This document shows, one piece after another, positions 13,033 to 28,525 of a stretch of DNA of 64,000 nucleotides. Numbering within the stretch: the stretch's first letter is position 1; every line of letters starts with the position of its first letter. The position numbers and the translations under genes are program-made. The notes beneath the pieces are model-generated. The model saw only the letters and a program-made list of their open reading frames with translations, searched no databases and had not been told where the DNA came from. This stretch comes from Nemertoderma westbladi (taxonomy: Eukaryota; Animalia; Xenacoelomorpha), in the NCBI GenBank assembly GCA_032718475.1, contig JAUCBJ010001179.1:62001-126000 (forward strand). Direction: 5' to 3'.

Positions 13033-15130
13033 TGTCAAAATGTCATTTTGAAATTTTGACATGTCATTTTGCAAAAATGTCATTTTCAAAATGAAATTAT
13101 GAAATGTCATTTTGTCAAAATGTCAATGTGTCAATATGTCACTTTCAAATTGACACTTTGACATGTCTTTTTGTCAAAATGTCACTTTCGAATTGACATT
13201 TTGATGTGTCATTTTGCCAAAAAGTCTCTTTCAAATTGACACTTTGACATGTCTTTTTGTGAAAATGTCACTTTCTAATTGACACTTTGACATGTCATTT
13301 TGTCAAAATGTCACTTTCAAATTGACACTTCACATGTCTTTTTGTCAAAATGTCACCTTCGAATTGACATTTCGATGTGTCATTTTGTCAAAATGTCACT
13401 TTCAAATTGACACTTCACATGTCTTTTTGTCAAAATGTCACCTTCGAATTGACATTTCGATGTGTCATTTTGCCAAAATGTCACTTTCAAATTGACACTT
13501 TGACATGTCATTTTGTCAAAATGTCACTTTCGAATTGACATTATAACATGTATCATTTTGTCAAAATGTCATTGTGTCAAAATGTCACTTGACATGTCAT
13601 TTTGCCAAAATGTCATTTTTAAATTGACATTTGCCATTTTGACATGTCATTTTGCCAAAATTTCATTTACAAATTGACATTTTGACATGTCATTTTGGCA
13701 AAATGTCATTTTCAAATTGACATTTTGTCATTTTGTCGAAATGTCATTTTGAAATTGACATTTTGACATGTCATTTTGCCAAAATGTCATTTTAAATTGA
13801 CATTTGACATTTTGACATGTCATTTTGCCAAAATGTCATTTTCAAATTGTCATTTTGTCATTTTGTCGAAATGTCATTTTGAAATTGACATTTTGACGTC
13901 ATTTTGCCAAAATGTCATTTTTAAATTGACATTTGACATTTTGACATGTCATTTTGCCAAAATTTCATTTACAAATTGACATTTTGACATGTCATTTTGC
14001 CAAAATGTCATTTTGAAATTGACATTTTGACATGTCATTTTGTCAAAATGTCATTTTCAAATTGACATTTTGGCATGTCATTTTGGCAAAATGTCATTTT
14101 CAAATTGACATTTTGTCATTTTGTCGAAATGTCATTTTGAATTTGACATTTTGACATGTCATTTTGCCAAAATGTCATTTTAAATTGACATTTGACATTT
14201 TGACATGTCATTTTGCCAAATTGTCATTTTCAAATTGACATTTTGACATGTCATTTTGCCAAAATGTCATTTTGAAATTGACATTTTGACATGTCATTTT
14301 GCCAAAATGTCATTTTTAAATTGACATTTGACATTTTGACATGTCATTTTGCCAAAATGTCATTTTCAAATTGACATTTTGACATGTCATTTTGCCAAAA
14401 TGTCATTTTCAAATTGACATTTTGACATGTCATTTTGCCAAAATGTCATTTTGAAATTGACATTTTGACATGTCATTTTGCCAAAATGTCATTTTTAAAT
14501 TGACATTTGACATTTTGACTTTTGTCAAAATGTCAAATGTCAATTTAAAAATCATTTTGCCAAAATGTCATTTTCAAATTGACATTTTGACATGTCATTT
14601 TGCCAAAATGTCATTTTGAAATTGACATTTTGACATGTCATTTTGCCAAAATGTCATTTTTAAATTGACATTTGACATTTTGACATGTCATTTTGCCAAA
14701 ATGTCATTTTCAAATTGACATTTTGACATGTCATTTTGCCAAAATGTCATTTTGAAATTGACATTTTGACATGTCATTTTGCCAAAATGTCATTTTTTTA
14801 TTGACATTTGACATTTTGACATGTCATTTTGCCAAAATGTCATTTTCAAATTAACATTTTGACATGTCATTTTGGCAAAATGTCATTTTCAAATTGACAT
14901 TTTGTCATTTTGTCGAAATGTCATTTTGAAATTGACATTTTGACATGTCATTTTGCCAAAATGTCATTTTTAAATTGACATTTGACATTTTGACATGTCA
15001 TTTTGCCAAAATGTCATTTTCAAATTGACATTTTGACATGTCATTTTGCCAAAATGTCATTTTGAAATTGACATTTTGACATGTCATTTTGCCAAAATGT
15101 CATTTTTAAATTGAGATTTTGAAATGTCAT
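13033..15130. repeat. 43-bp TGACA/TGTCA minisatellite
   Basis: Visible periodicity. Confidence 0.95.
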
Positions 15131-15140
15131 AGATTTATTG

Positions 15141-18100
15141 TTCTCACGATATTTGGGTTCAAACACAACGTTTTTTTGATATTTTACGAGATTTATGGTA
15201 TTTTTTATTGAAAAAGCAGACATAGCTATTCCCAGCCCGTTTCTGTAACATTTAGAGAAAAGTTAACTTGTGATACTTCTTTTAGTGTTAAATTAACAGC
15301 AGATTCCAAATTCAGTAACCGTTTTTACATATGATTTGTAGTTCTCGCGATATTTGGGTTCAAACACAACTTTTTTTGATATTTTACGAGATTTAAAGTA
15401 TTTTTTATTGAAAAAGCAGACATAACTATTCCCAGTCCGTTTCTGTAACATTTAGAGAAAAGTTAACTTGTGATACTTCTTTTAGTGTTAAATTAACAGC
15501 AGATTCCAAATTCAGTAACCGTTTTTACATATGATTTGTAGTTCTCGCGATATTTGGATTCAAACACAACGTTTTTTGATATTTTACGAGATTTAAAGTA
15601 TTTTTTATTGAAAAAGCAGACATAACTATTCCCAGTCCGTTTCTATAACATTTAGAGAAAAGGTAACTTGTGATACTTCTTTTAGTGTTAAATTAACAGC
15701 AGATTCCAAATACAGTAACCGTTTTTACATATGATTTGTAGTTCTCGCGATATTTCGGTTCAAACACAACGTTTTTTGATATTTTACGAAATTTAAGGTA
15801 TTTTTTATTGAAAAAGCAGACATAACTATTCCAAGTCCGTTTTTGTAACATTTAGAGAAAAGATAACTTGTGATACTTCTTTTAGTGTTAAATTAACAGC
15901 AGATTCCAAATTCAGTAACCGTTTTTACATATGATTTGTAGTTCTCGCGATATTTGGGTTCAAACACAACTTTTTTTGATATTTTACGAGATTTAAAGTA
16001 TTTTTTATTGAAAAAGCAGACATAACTATTCCCAGTCCGTTTCTGTAACATTTAGAGAAAAGTTAACTTGTGATACTTCTTTTAGTGTTAAATTAACAGC
16101 AGATTCCAAATTCAGTAACCGTTTTTACATATGATTTGTAGTTCTCGCGATATTTGGATTCAAACACAACGTTTTTTGATATTTTACGAGATTTAAAGTA
16201 TTTTTTATTGAAAAAGCAGACATAACTATTCCCAGTCCGTTTCTATAACATTTAGAGAAAAGGTAACTTGTGATACTTCTTTTAGTGTTAAATTAACAGC
16301 AGATTCCAAATACAGTAACCGTTTTTACATATGATTTGTAGTTCTCGCGATATTTCGGTTCAAACACAACGTTTTTTGATATTTTACGAAATTTAAGGTA
16401 TTTTTTATTGAAAAAGCAGACATAACTATTCCAAGTCCGTTTTTGTAACATTTAGAGAAAAGATAACTTGTGATACTTCTTTTAGTGTTAAATTAACAGC
16501 AGATTCCAAATTCAGTAACCGTTTTTACATATGATTTGTAGTTCTCGCGATATTTGGGTTCAAACACAACGTTTTTTGATATTTTACGAGATTTAAAGTA
16601 TTTTTTATTGAAAAAGCAGACATAACTATTCCCAGTCCGTTTCTGTAACATTTAGAGAAAAGGTAACTTGTGATACTTCTTTTAGTGTTAAATTAACAGC
16701 AGATTCCAAATTCAGTAACCGTTTTTACATATGATTTGTAGTTCTCGCGATATTTGGATTCAAACACAACGTTTTTTGATATTTTACGAGATTTAAAGTA
16801 TTTTTTATTGAAAAAGCAGACATAACTATTCCCAGTCCGTTTCTATAACATTTAGAGAAAAGGTAACTTGTGATACTTCTTTTAGTGTTAAATTAACAGC
16901 AGATTCCAAATACAGTAACCGTTTTTACATATGATTTGTAGTTCTCGCGATATTTCGGTTCAAACACAACGTTTTTTGATATTTTACGAAATTTAAGGTA
17001 TTTTTTATTGAAAAAGCAGACATAACTATTCCAAGTCCGTTTTTGTAACATTTAGAGAAAAGATAACTTGTGATACTTCTTTTAGTGTTAAATTAACAGC
17101 AGATTCCAAATTCAGTAACCGTTTTTACATATGATTTGTAGTTCTCGCGATATTTGGGTTCAAACACAACTTTTTTTGATATTTTACGAGATTTAAAGTA
17201 TTTTTTATTGAAAAAGCAGACATAACTATTCCCAGTCCGTTTCTGTAACATTTAGAGAAAAGTTAACTTGTGATACTTCTTTTAGTGTTAAATTAACAGC
17301 AGATTCCAAATTCAGTAACCGTTTTTACATATGATTTGTAGTTCTCGCGATATTTGGATTCAAACACAACGTTTTTTGATATTTTACGAGATTTAAAGTA
17401 TTTTTTATTGAAAAAGCAGACATAACTATTCCCAGTCCGTTTCTATAACATTTAGAGAAAAGGTAACTTGTGATACTTCTTTTAGTGTTAAATTAACAGC
17501 AGATTCCAAATACAGTAACCGTTTTTACATATGATTTGTAGTTCTCGCGATATTTCGGTTCAAACACAACGTTTTTTGATATTTTACGAAATTTAAGGTA
17601 TTTTTTATTGAAAAAGCAGACATAACTATTCCAAGTCCGTTTTTGTAACATTTAGAGAAAAGATAACTTGTGATACTTCTTTTAGTGTTAAATTAACAGC
17701 AGATTCCAAATTCAGTAACCGTTTTTACATATGATTTGTAGTTCTCGCGATATTTGGGTTCAAACACAACTTTTTTTGATATTTTACGAGATTTAAAGTA
17801 TTTTTTATTGAAAAAGCAGACATAACTATTCCCAGTCCGTTTCTGTAACATTTAGAGAAAAGTTAACTTGTGATACTTCTTTTAGTGTTAAATTAACAGC
17901 AGATTCCAAATTCAGTAACCGTTTTTACATATGATTTGTAGTTCTCGCGATATTTGGATTCAAACACAACGTTTTTTGATATTTTACGAGATTTAAAGTA
18001 TTTTTTATTGAAAAAGCAGACATAACTATTCCCAGTCCGTTTCTATAACATTTAGAGAAAAGGTAACTTGTGATACTTCTTTTAGTGTTAAATTAACAGC

Positions 18101-18668
18101 AGATTCCAAATACAGTAACCGTTTTTACATATGATTTGTAGTTCTCGCGATATTTCGGTTCAAACACAACGTTTTTTGATATTTTACGAAATTTAAGGTA
18201 TTTTTTATTGAAAAAGCAGACATAACTATTCCAAGTCCGTTTTTGTAACATTTAGAGAAAAGATAACTTGTGATACTTCTTTTAGTGTTAAATTAACAGC
18301 AGATTCCAAATTCAGTAACCGTTTTTACATATGATTTGTAGTTCTCGCGATATTTCGGTTCAAACACAACGTTTTTTGATATTTTACGAAATTTAAGGTA
18401 TTTTTTATTGAAAAAGCAGACATAACTATTCCAAGTCCGTTTCTGTAACATTTAGAGAAAAGATAACTTGTGATACTTCTTTTAGTGTTAAATTAACAGC
18501 AGATTCCAAATTCAGTAACCGTTTTTACATATGATTTGTAGTTCTCGCGATATTTCGGTTCAAACACAACGTTTTTTGATATTTTACGAAATTTAAGGTA
18601 TTTTTTATTGAAAAAGCAGACATAACTGTTCCGAGTCCGTTTCTGTAACATTTAGAGAAAAGGTAACT
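15141..18668. repeat. 200-bp satellite, about 17.6 monomers, with 600-bp higher-order repeat
   Basis: Three diagnostic monomer variants recur every 600 bp. Confidence 0.95.
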
Positions 18669-19459
18669 ACTGTTCAATTTATTTTATAACGCTCTATAAT
18701 CTTTTATTAAATAATTGAGCAATAAATAAGTACAGTAGTGTTACAAAATAAATTGAACTGTAGTATTTTACTATATTGCTTCCATAGTTACTGCAATTCA
18801 ATTTACTGTACTCTTCAACTCCTGATACCGCCTTTCTCAATGTTAAATAAATTAGTGTTATCGAATATTTATTACGTAACTAGAGAGCCTCTTAACAATA
18901 TAAACTAATATTGGATATGGAGTTCCGTTATGGAATTCGCCTTGCAGACACTAAATTTGCAATAACTTTTGAGTGTTTAAATGGATTTTGCTCAAATTAC
19001 TTGCAAACCTTTTCTACTTCAGTGCTCTTTTAATACTTGCAACAAAATATAACAAATTCCACAAATGATTTTATTTTACATTTTTCGCTGTGAAAAAAAC
19101 TAAAATCAATGCAATGATACTTTTTTTCCCTATAGGAAAAAAGTGCAACTTTTTCTCCCGATATTGGGGTAAATTCAAGTGAAAATGTAACAATTTAAGA
19201 ATAAAAACTGTAAGGTTTTCGTATCCACGGAATCGACCTAAATTGAACTAAAATCAGCCAGATGTCCGTCCATTAACTACATATATTTTTTAATAATCGG
19301 TATGAAATAATTACAAAAGTTAATAAAGCTAACAAAATAATAAATATACAAACTAGATAAATAAATACTGTATCACAACACAATTCCGCCTCTTTCTTCA
19401 AGTCTTGCTGTTTATGGTAACCAGCTGACGGCGGCCAGACAATTCTTAGGTAACCATAA

Positions 19460-20584
19460 TTAGCTCCGGACCAACAACCTAACAGTTCCTCTTAGTCTCT
19501 TCAACAATCGGACCACTTTATCATGGCCCATCCCGTGTAGACTCTTCCCGTTAACCGCGAGTATCTGGTTCCCCCGTCTCAATCTACCGTCGTCCACTGC
19601 CGCCCCCTTCGCGTAGACTGTCTTTACGTAGATAGGGAGGTTACCATGGGGACTGCCGTAACCGCCCACAATAGAGAATCCCAGACCCTCGGAACCCCGC
19701 TGGAGAGTTACCGTGGTAACCAAATCACTGAAAATAAAAGTTAGTTAGATTATATTTGATTTTACGAAAACTACCGAACCTAAAAGGTTATTAAGACCAA
19801 GATGTTGCGATCAGTGACGATCTGATAAAAAAAAAGAAATTCAACTGACCCAGAATTTAACTGTTCGTGTTGTTTCTCAATATTGTCCAACTCCATCGTA
19901 TCTTGACTTGACTGACTAACTTCTGTTGTTTTTGAATCTGCGAAATGAAATAGAAACAAATAAAATAGTCATCTAGAAATTCACACAACTTCTTAGGAAG
20001 CCAACCACTTACACGAAATTATAAAGAAAGTCAATTAAATGAATACTGGATATAAACAAATAACTATGTTTATGACTTATTGCTGTTTGTATTGCGTGTG
20101 TGTGTGTATGCCGAGTGTTTGTGGCTGTGGCATAGCGCGGCCTTCCAGTAAGTAGGCCGAGTTAATATACAATTAATTTACATTTTAGAATGATAATCAA
20201 CTAATAAACAAACAGCTGGGAAGCAGCACTACAAACTCGGATCGATTACTTTTTCCGTGTAATATATTTATAGCTTTATCAAAACCGGCAGTATAGGCCT
20301 ACAGTGCCGCGCGCAATTACTGTGAAATGTTAAACAGTTTAGGATTCATTGAGTCAGCAAACATAAATAAATATTTAACATATAAACCTGAAGGTAGGCC
20401 TGTTGGTGATTCCTCTTTGTAGTATTCCTTGGCGTAATCCTGATACAGTCTCTCAAAGTCTCCCTTGTAAACAACATCCTCAGGGTCGGCCTCACTGACA
20501 GCACCACTACCATCGGCGTTGGCTTCCCCATCCAATGGACTGTCTACAGACCCAGACAGGTCGAGCTGCAGAGACGGGGGGGTT
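19460..20584 (-). pseudogene. Duplicated MPDZ 3' fragment, copy 3: exon H 19460-19727 (GSEG), exon G 19850-19937, exon F remnant 20388-20584
   Basis: Matches copy 2 at offset 10270. Confidence 0.9.
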
Positions 20585-21546
20585 GAACACAAATAGACCC
20601 GAGGTGGTGAACGCGAGCTGGAGGTGGTGGGAACGGAAGGCCACGGATTCCAGAGGGGAGGACAACATTAATTCAGTCATTCTAGAACACCGACCCTGGG
20701 AATTGTATAATAATAAAATAATATAATAATATACATTGACTTTATCTAGTTCAGTTAGTTAATCTCAATCACAAAATAATAATATACACACTCATAATGA
20801 ATTACCTTTGTAACAATAATTGTCTGTCCCAACTCTTTAATATTATTAAATTGCAAATGGCCGGCCGGTAATTCTTGTAAGGAATCCTGGAGAATGGACG
20901 GCTTCTTTATAATAATGCAGATACTATTCGTGAATAAAAACCAAACTGAACTCTAAGTAATAAGTTAAACCAGACCACCGAGTGAATTATTACAACAAAG
21001 CGAAAGTGTTAAAAGTTTAAAGAAAGTTTAAAGTGATAGAATTTGTGCAGAGCTATATTAATATATTTTCTGTGTCTATAACACAACAAAGGTAACAAGT
21101 GTCTGGCCATTGACCTACATTGGAACTCACAAGCAACCAACCCACCCACACAATGAACGAAGCACAGTACGTTGTATGTCAGCCCGCCAGGCTGGCGCCT
21201 CCTACAACACACGCAGCTCAGCAGCCACCTTGTCAATATTGGTTGTAAAATTCTGTTGTAAATATTTTCGAAGTCAATAAATAATTACACTTGAAATGCA
21301 CTGTAGAGGGGTGGGGAGGTGTTAGCGATGTCGCCCGGTGAATCTGAGCGTTTTTGGTGATCATTTCCTTAAAACATATTTTTTATGCTCTATCTCGTGG
21401 TGTGGGTTAGAACGCGCGAAAGCGAAAATCGATGGTCATTTTTGAAAAAAATCTGAAGTTATTTCGGTAAATTGCGGCTAATTAACGGAAGGGCTTTTGT
21501 GTTGGCAATCCAATTTAAATGAAAGGTGTTCTTCGGATAATTTGAA

Positions 21547-21811
21547 TTAATAACGAGTGCCTTACATAACGGCGCAGTGCACTTAATAACGAGCGCACTG
21601 CATAACGGCGCAGTGCACTTAATAACGAGTGCCCTACATAACGGCACAATGCAATTAATAACGAGTGCCCTACATAACGGCACAGTGCACTTAATAACGA
21701 GTGCCCTGCATAACGGCACAGTGCACTTTATAACGGCGCAGTGCACTTCATAAAGGTGTAGTGCACTTCATAAAGGTGTTAGTAATGCACTTCATAACGA
21801 TGCAGTGCACT
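21547..21811. repeat. 36-bp GTGCAC minisatellite
   Basis: Same unit as 2534-2762. Confidence 0.9.
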
Positions 21812-21813
21812 AA

Positions 21814-23300
21814 ATGTTATATGCTTTTCTATATGCTATGATATATGTTATATGTTATGCTATAGTACATGCTATGTTATATGCTATTCTATATGCTATG
21901 CTATATGTTATATGCTATAAGCTATATGTTATATGTTATGCTATAGTACATGCTATGCTATATGCTTTATGCTATATGCTCTTATGCTATATGCTTTATG
22001 CTATATGCTATATGCTATGCTGTATGCTATATGCTATACTATATGCTATGCTATATGCTATATGTTATATGTTATGCTATAGTACATGCTATGCTATATG
22101 CTTTATGTTATATGATATATGCTATATGATATATGCTATATGCTATGCTATATGCTATATGCGATTTGCTATAAGCTATATGTTATATGTTATGCTATAG
22201 TACATGCTATGCTATATGCTATATGCTATTCTATATGCTATGCTATATGCTATGCTATATGCTATGCTACATGCTATATGCGATTTGCTATAAGCTATAT
22301 GTTATATGTTATGCTATAGTACATGCTATGATATATGCTATGCTATATGCTATGCTATATGCTATGCTATATGCTATGCTATATGCTATGCTATATGCTA
22401 TGCTATATGCTATGCTATATGCTATGCTATATGCTATGCTATATGCTATGCTATATGCTATGCTATATGATATGCTATATGCTATGCTATATGCTATGCT
22501 ATATGCTATGCTATATGCTATGCTATATGATATGCTATATGCTATGCTATATGCTATGCTATATGCTATGCTATATTTTATATGTTATGCTATAGTACAT
22601 GCTATGCTATATGCTTTATGTTATATGCTATATGCTATATGCTATATGATATATGCTATATGCTATGCTATATGCTATAATCTATTTGCTATAAGCTATA
22701 TGTTATATGTTATGCTATAGTACATGCTATGATATAGGCTATATGCTATGCTTATGCTATGCTTATGCTATATGCTATATGCTATGCTATATGCTATGCT
22801 ATATGCTATGCTATATGCTATATGCGATTTGCTATAAGCTATATGTTATATGTTATGCTATAGTACATGCTATGCTATATGCTTTATGCTATATGCTATG
22901 TTATATGCTATTCTATATGCTATGCTATATGCTATGCTATATGCTATGCTATATGCTATGCTATATGCTATGCTATACGCTATGCTATACGCTATGCTAT
23001 ACGCTATGCTATGATATGCTATGCTATGCTATGCTATGCTATGCTATGCTATGCTATGCTATGCTATGCTATGCTATGCTATGCTATGCTATGCTATGCT
23101 ATGCTATGCTATGCTATGCTATGCTATGCTATGCTATGCTATGCTATGCTATGCTATGCTATGCTATGCTATGCTATGCTATGCTATGCTATGCTATGTT
23201 ATGCTATGCTATGCTATGCTATGCTATGCTTTGCTATGCTATGCTATGCTATGCTATGCTATGCTATGCTATGATATGCTATGCTATGCTATGCTATGTT
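21814..23300. repeat. (TATGC)n / (TATATGC)n satellite
   Basis: Visible periodicity. Confidence 0.97.
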
Positions 23301-25398
23301 TGTCAAAATGTCATTTTGAAATTTTGACATGTCATTTTGCAAAAATGTCATTTTCAAAATGAAATTATGAAATGTCATTTTGTCAAAATGTCAATGTGTC
23401 AATATGTCACTTTCAAATTGACACTTTGACATGTCTTTTTGTCAAAATGTCACTTTCGAATTGACATTTTGATGTGTCATTTTGCCAAAAAGTCTCTTTC
23501 AAATTGACACTTTGACATGTCTTTTTGTGAAAATGTCACTTTCTAATTGACACTTTGACATGTCATTTTGTCAAAATGTCACTTTCAAATTGACACTTCA
23601 CATGTCTTTTTGTCAAAATGTCACCTTCGAATTGACATTTCGATGTGTCATTTTGTCAAAATGTCACTTTCAAATTGACACTTCACATGTCTTTTTGTCA
23701 AAATGTCACCTTCGAATTGACATTTCGATGTGTCATTTTGCCAAAATGTCACTTTCAAATTGACACTTTGACATGTCATTTTGTCAAAATGTCACTTTCG
23801 AATTGACATTATAACATGTATCATTTTGTCAAAATGTCATTGTGTCAAAATGTCACTTGACATGTCATTTTGCCAAAATGTCATTTTTAAATTGACATTT
23901 GCCATTTTGACATGTCATTTTGCCAAAATTTCATTTACAAATTGACATTTTGACATGTCATTTTGGCAAAATGTCATTTTCAAATTGACATTTTGTCATT
24001 TTGTCGAAATGTCATTTTGAAATTGACATTTTGACATGTCATTTTGCCAAAATGTCATTTTAAATTGACATTTGACATTTTGACATGTCATTTTGCCAAA
24101 ATGTCATTTTCAAATTGTCATTTTGTCATTTTGTCGAAATGTCATTTTGAAATTGACATTTTGACGTCATTTTGCCAAAATGTCATTTTTAAATTGACAT
24201 TTGACATTTTGACATGTCATTTTGCCAAAATTTCATTTACAAATTGACATTTTGACATGTCATTTTGCCAAAATGTCATTTTGAAATTGACATTTTGACA
24301 TGTCATTTTGTCAAAATGTCATTTTCAAATTGACATTTTGGCATGTCATTTTGGCAAAATGTCATTTTCAAATTGACATTTTGTCATTTTGTCGAAATGT
24401 CATTTTGAATTTGACATTTTGACATGTCATTTTGCCAAAATGTCATTTTAAATTGACATTTGACATTTTGACATGTCATTTTGCCAAATTGTCATTTTCA
24501 AATTGACATTTTGACATGTCATTTTGCCAAAATGTCATTTTGAAATTGACATTTTGACATGTCATTTTGCCAAAATGTCATTTTTAAATTGACATTTGAC
24601 ATTTTGACATGTCATTTTGCCAAAATGTCATTTTCAAATTGACATTTTGACATGTCATTTTGCCAAAATGTCATTTTCAAATTGACATTTTGACATGTCA
24701 TTTTGCCAAAATGTCATTTTGAAATTGACATTTTGACATGTCATTTTGCCAAAATGTCATTTTTAAATTGACATTTGACATTTTGACTTTTGTCAAAATG
24801 TCAAATGTCAATTTAAAAATCATTTTGCCAAAATGTCATTTTCAAATTGACATTTTGACATGTCATTTTGCCAAAATGTCATTTTGAAATTGACATTTTG
24901 ACATGTCATTTTGCCAAAATGTCATTTTTAAATTGACATTTGACATTTTGACATGTCATTTTGCCAAAATGTCATTTTCAAATTGACATTTTGACATGTC
25001 ATTTTGCCAAAATGTCATTTTGAAATTGACATTTTGACATGTCATTTTGCCAAAATGTCATTTTTTTATTGACATTTGACATTTTGACATGTCATTTTGC
25101 CAAAATGTCATTTTCAAATTAACATTTTGACATGTCATTTTGGCAAAATGTCATTTTCAAATTGACATTTTGTCATTTTGTCGAAATGTCATTTTGAAAT
25201 TGACATTTTGACATGTCATTTTGCCAAAATGTCATTTTTAAATTGACATTTGACATTTTGACATGTCATTTTGCCAAAATGTCATTTTCAAATTGACATT
25301 TTGACATGTCATTTTGCCAAAATGTCATTTTGAAATTGACATTTTGACATGTCATTTTGCCAAAATGTCATTTTTAAATTGAGATTTTGAAATGTCAT
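23301..25398. repeat. 43-bp TGACA/TGTCA minisatellite
   Basis: Matches 13033-15130 at offset 10268. Confidence 0.95.
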
Positions 25399-25408
25399 AG
25401 ATTTATTG

Positions 25409-27736
25409 TTCTCACGATATTTGGGTTCAAACACAACGTTTTTTTGATATTTTACGAGATTTATGGTATTTTTTATTGAAAAAGCAGACATAGCTATTCC
25501 CAGCCCGTTTCTGTAACATTTAGAGAAAAGTTAACTTGTGATACTTCTTTTAGTGTTAAATTAACAGCAGATTCCAAATTCAGTAACCGTTTTTACATAT
25601 GATTTGTAGTTCTCGCGATATTTGGGTTCAAACACAACTTTTTTTGATATTTTACGAGATTTAAAGTATTTTTTATTGAAAAAGCAGACATAACTATTCC
25701 CAGTCCGTTTCTGTAACATTTAGAGAAAAGTTAACTTGTGATACTTCTTTTAGTGTTAAATTAACAGCAGATTCCAAATTCAGTAACCGTTTTTACATAT
25801 GATTTGTAGTTCTCGCGATATTTGGATTCAAACACAACGTTTTTTGATATTTTACGAGATTTAAAGTATTTTTTATTGAAAAAGCAGACATAACTATTCC
25901 CAGTCCGTTTCTATAACATTTAGAGAAAAGGTAACTTGTGATACTTCTTTTAGTGTTAAATTAACAGCAGATTCCAAATACAGTAACCGTTTTTACATAT
26001 GATTTGTAGTTCTCGCGATATTTCGGTTCAAACACAACGTTTTTTGATATTTTACGAAATTTAAGGTATTTTTTATTGAAAAAGCAGACATAACTATTCC
26101 AAGTCCGTTTTTGTAACATTTAGAGAAAAGATAACTTGTGATACTTCTTTTAGTGTTAAATTAACAGCAGATTCCAAATTCAGTAACCGTTTTTACATAT
26201 GATTTGTAGTTCTCGCGATATTTGGGTTCAAACACAACTTTTTTTGATATTTTACGAGATTTAAAGTATTTTTTATTGAAAAAGCAGACATAACTATTCC
26301 CAGTCCGTTTCTGTAACATTTAGAGAAAAGTTAACTTGTGATACTTCTTTTAGTGTTAAATTAACAGCAGATTCCAAATTCAGTAACCGTTTTTACATAT
26401 GATTTGTAGTTCTCGCGATATTTGGATTCAAACACAACGTTTTTTGATATTTTACGAGATTTAAAGTATTTTTTATTGAAAAAGCAGACATAACTATTCC
26501 CAGTCCGTTTCTATAACATTTAGAGAAAAGGTAACTTGTGATACTTCTTTTAGTGTTAAATTAACAGCAGATTCCAAATACAGTAACCGTTTTTACATAT
26601 GATTTGTAGTTCTCGCGATATTTCGGTTCAAACACAACGTTTTTTGATATTTTACGAAATTTAAGGTATTTTTTATTGAAAAAGCAGACATAACTATTCC
26701 AAGTCCGTTTTTGTAACATTTAGAGAAAAGATAACTTGTGATACTTCTTTTAGTGTTAAATTAACAGCAGATTCCAAATTCAGTAACCGTTTTTACATAT
26801 GATTTGTAGTTCTCGCGATATTTGGGTTCAAACACAACTTTTTTTGATATTTTACGAGATTTAAAGTATTTTTTATTGAAAAAGCAGACATAACTATTCC
26901 CAGTCCGTTTCTGTAACATTTAGAGAAAAGTTAACTTGTGATACTTCTTTTAGTGTTAAATTAACAGCAGATTCCAAATTCAGTAACCGTTTTTACATAT
27001 GATTTGTAGTTCTCGCGATATTTGGATTCAAACACAACGTTTTTTGATATTTTACGAGATTTAAAGTATTTTTTATTGAAAAAGCAGACATAACTATTCC
27101 CAGTCCGTTTCTATAACATTTAGAGAAAAGGTAACTTGTGATACTTCTTTTAGTGTTAAATTAACAGCAGATTCCAAATACAGTAACCGTTTTTACATAT
27201 GATTTGTAGTTCTCGCGATATTTCGGTTCAAACACAACGTTTTTTGATATTTTACGAAATTTAAGGTATTTTTTATTGAAAAAGCAGACATAACTATTCC
27301 AAGTCCGTTTTTGTAACATTTAGAGAAAAGATAACTTGTGATACTTCTTTTAGTGTTAAATTAACAGCAGATTCCAAATTCAGTAACCGTTTTTACATAT
27401 GATTTGTAGTTCTCGCGATATTTCGGTTCAAACACAACGTTTTTTGATATTTTACGAAATTTAAGGTATTTTTTATTGAAAAAGCAGACATAACTATTCC
27501 AAGTCCGTTTCTGTAACATTTAGAGAAAAGATAACTTGTGATACTTCTTTTAGTGTTAAATTAACAGCAGATTCCAAATTCAGTAACCGTTTTTACATAT
27601 GATTTGTAGTTCTCGCGATATTTCGGTTCAAACACAACGTTTTTTGATATTTTACGAGATTTAAGGTATTTTTTATTGAAAAAGCAGACATAACTGTTCC
27701 GAGTCCGTTTCTGTAACATTTAGAGAAAAGGTAACT
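25409..27736. repeat. 200-bp satellite, about 11.6 monomers, with 600-bp higher-order repeat
   Basis: Same variants as 15141-18668 but 1200 bp shorter. Confidence 0.95.
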
Positions 27737-28525
27737 ACTGTTCAATTTATTTTATAACGCTCTATAATCTTTTATTAAATAATTGAGCAATAAATAAGTA
27801 CAGTAGTGTTACAAAATAAATTGAACTGTAGTATTTTACTATATTGCTTCCATAGTTACTGCAATTCAATTTACTGTACTCTTCAACTCCTGATACCGCC
27901 TTTCTCAATGTTAAATAAATTAGTGTTATCGAATATTTATTACGTAACTAGAGAGCCTCTTAACAATATAAACTAATATTGGATATGGAGTTCCGTTATG
28001 GAATTCGCCTTGCAGACACTAAATTTGCAATAACTTTTGAGTGTTTAAATGGATTTTGCTCAAATTACTTGCAAACCTTTTCTACTTCAGTGCCCTTTTA
28101 ATACTTGCAACAAAATATAACAAATTCCACAAATGATTTTATTTTACATTTTTCGCTGTGAAAAACTAAAATCAATGCAATGATACTTTTTTTCCCTATA
28201 GGAAAAAAGTGCAACTTTTTCTCCCGATATTGGGGTAAATTCAAGTGAAAATGTAACAATTTAAGAATAAAAACTGTAAGGTTTTCGTATCCACGGAATC
28301 GACCTAAATTGAACTAAAATCAGCCAGATGTCCGTCCATTAACTACATATATTTTTTAATAATCGGTATGAAATAATTACAAAAGTTAATAAAGCTAACA
28401 AAATAATAAATATACAAACTAGATAAATAAATACTGTATCACAACACAATTCCGCCTCTTTCTTCAAGTCTTGCTGTTTATGGTAACCAGCTGACGGCGG
28501 CCAGACAATTCTTAGGTAACCATAA

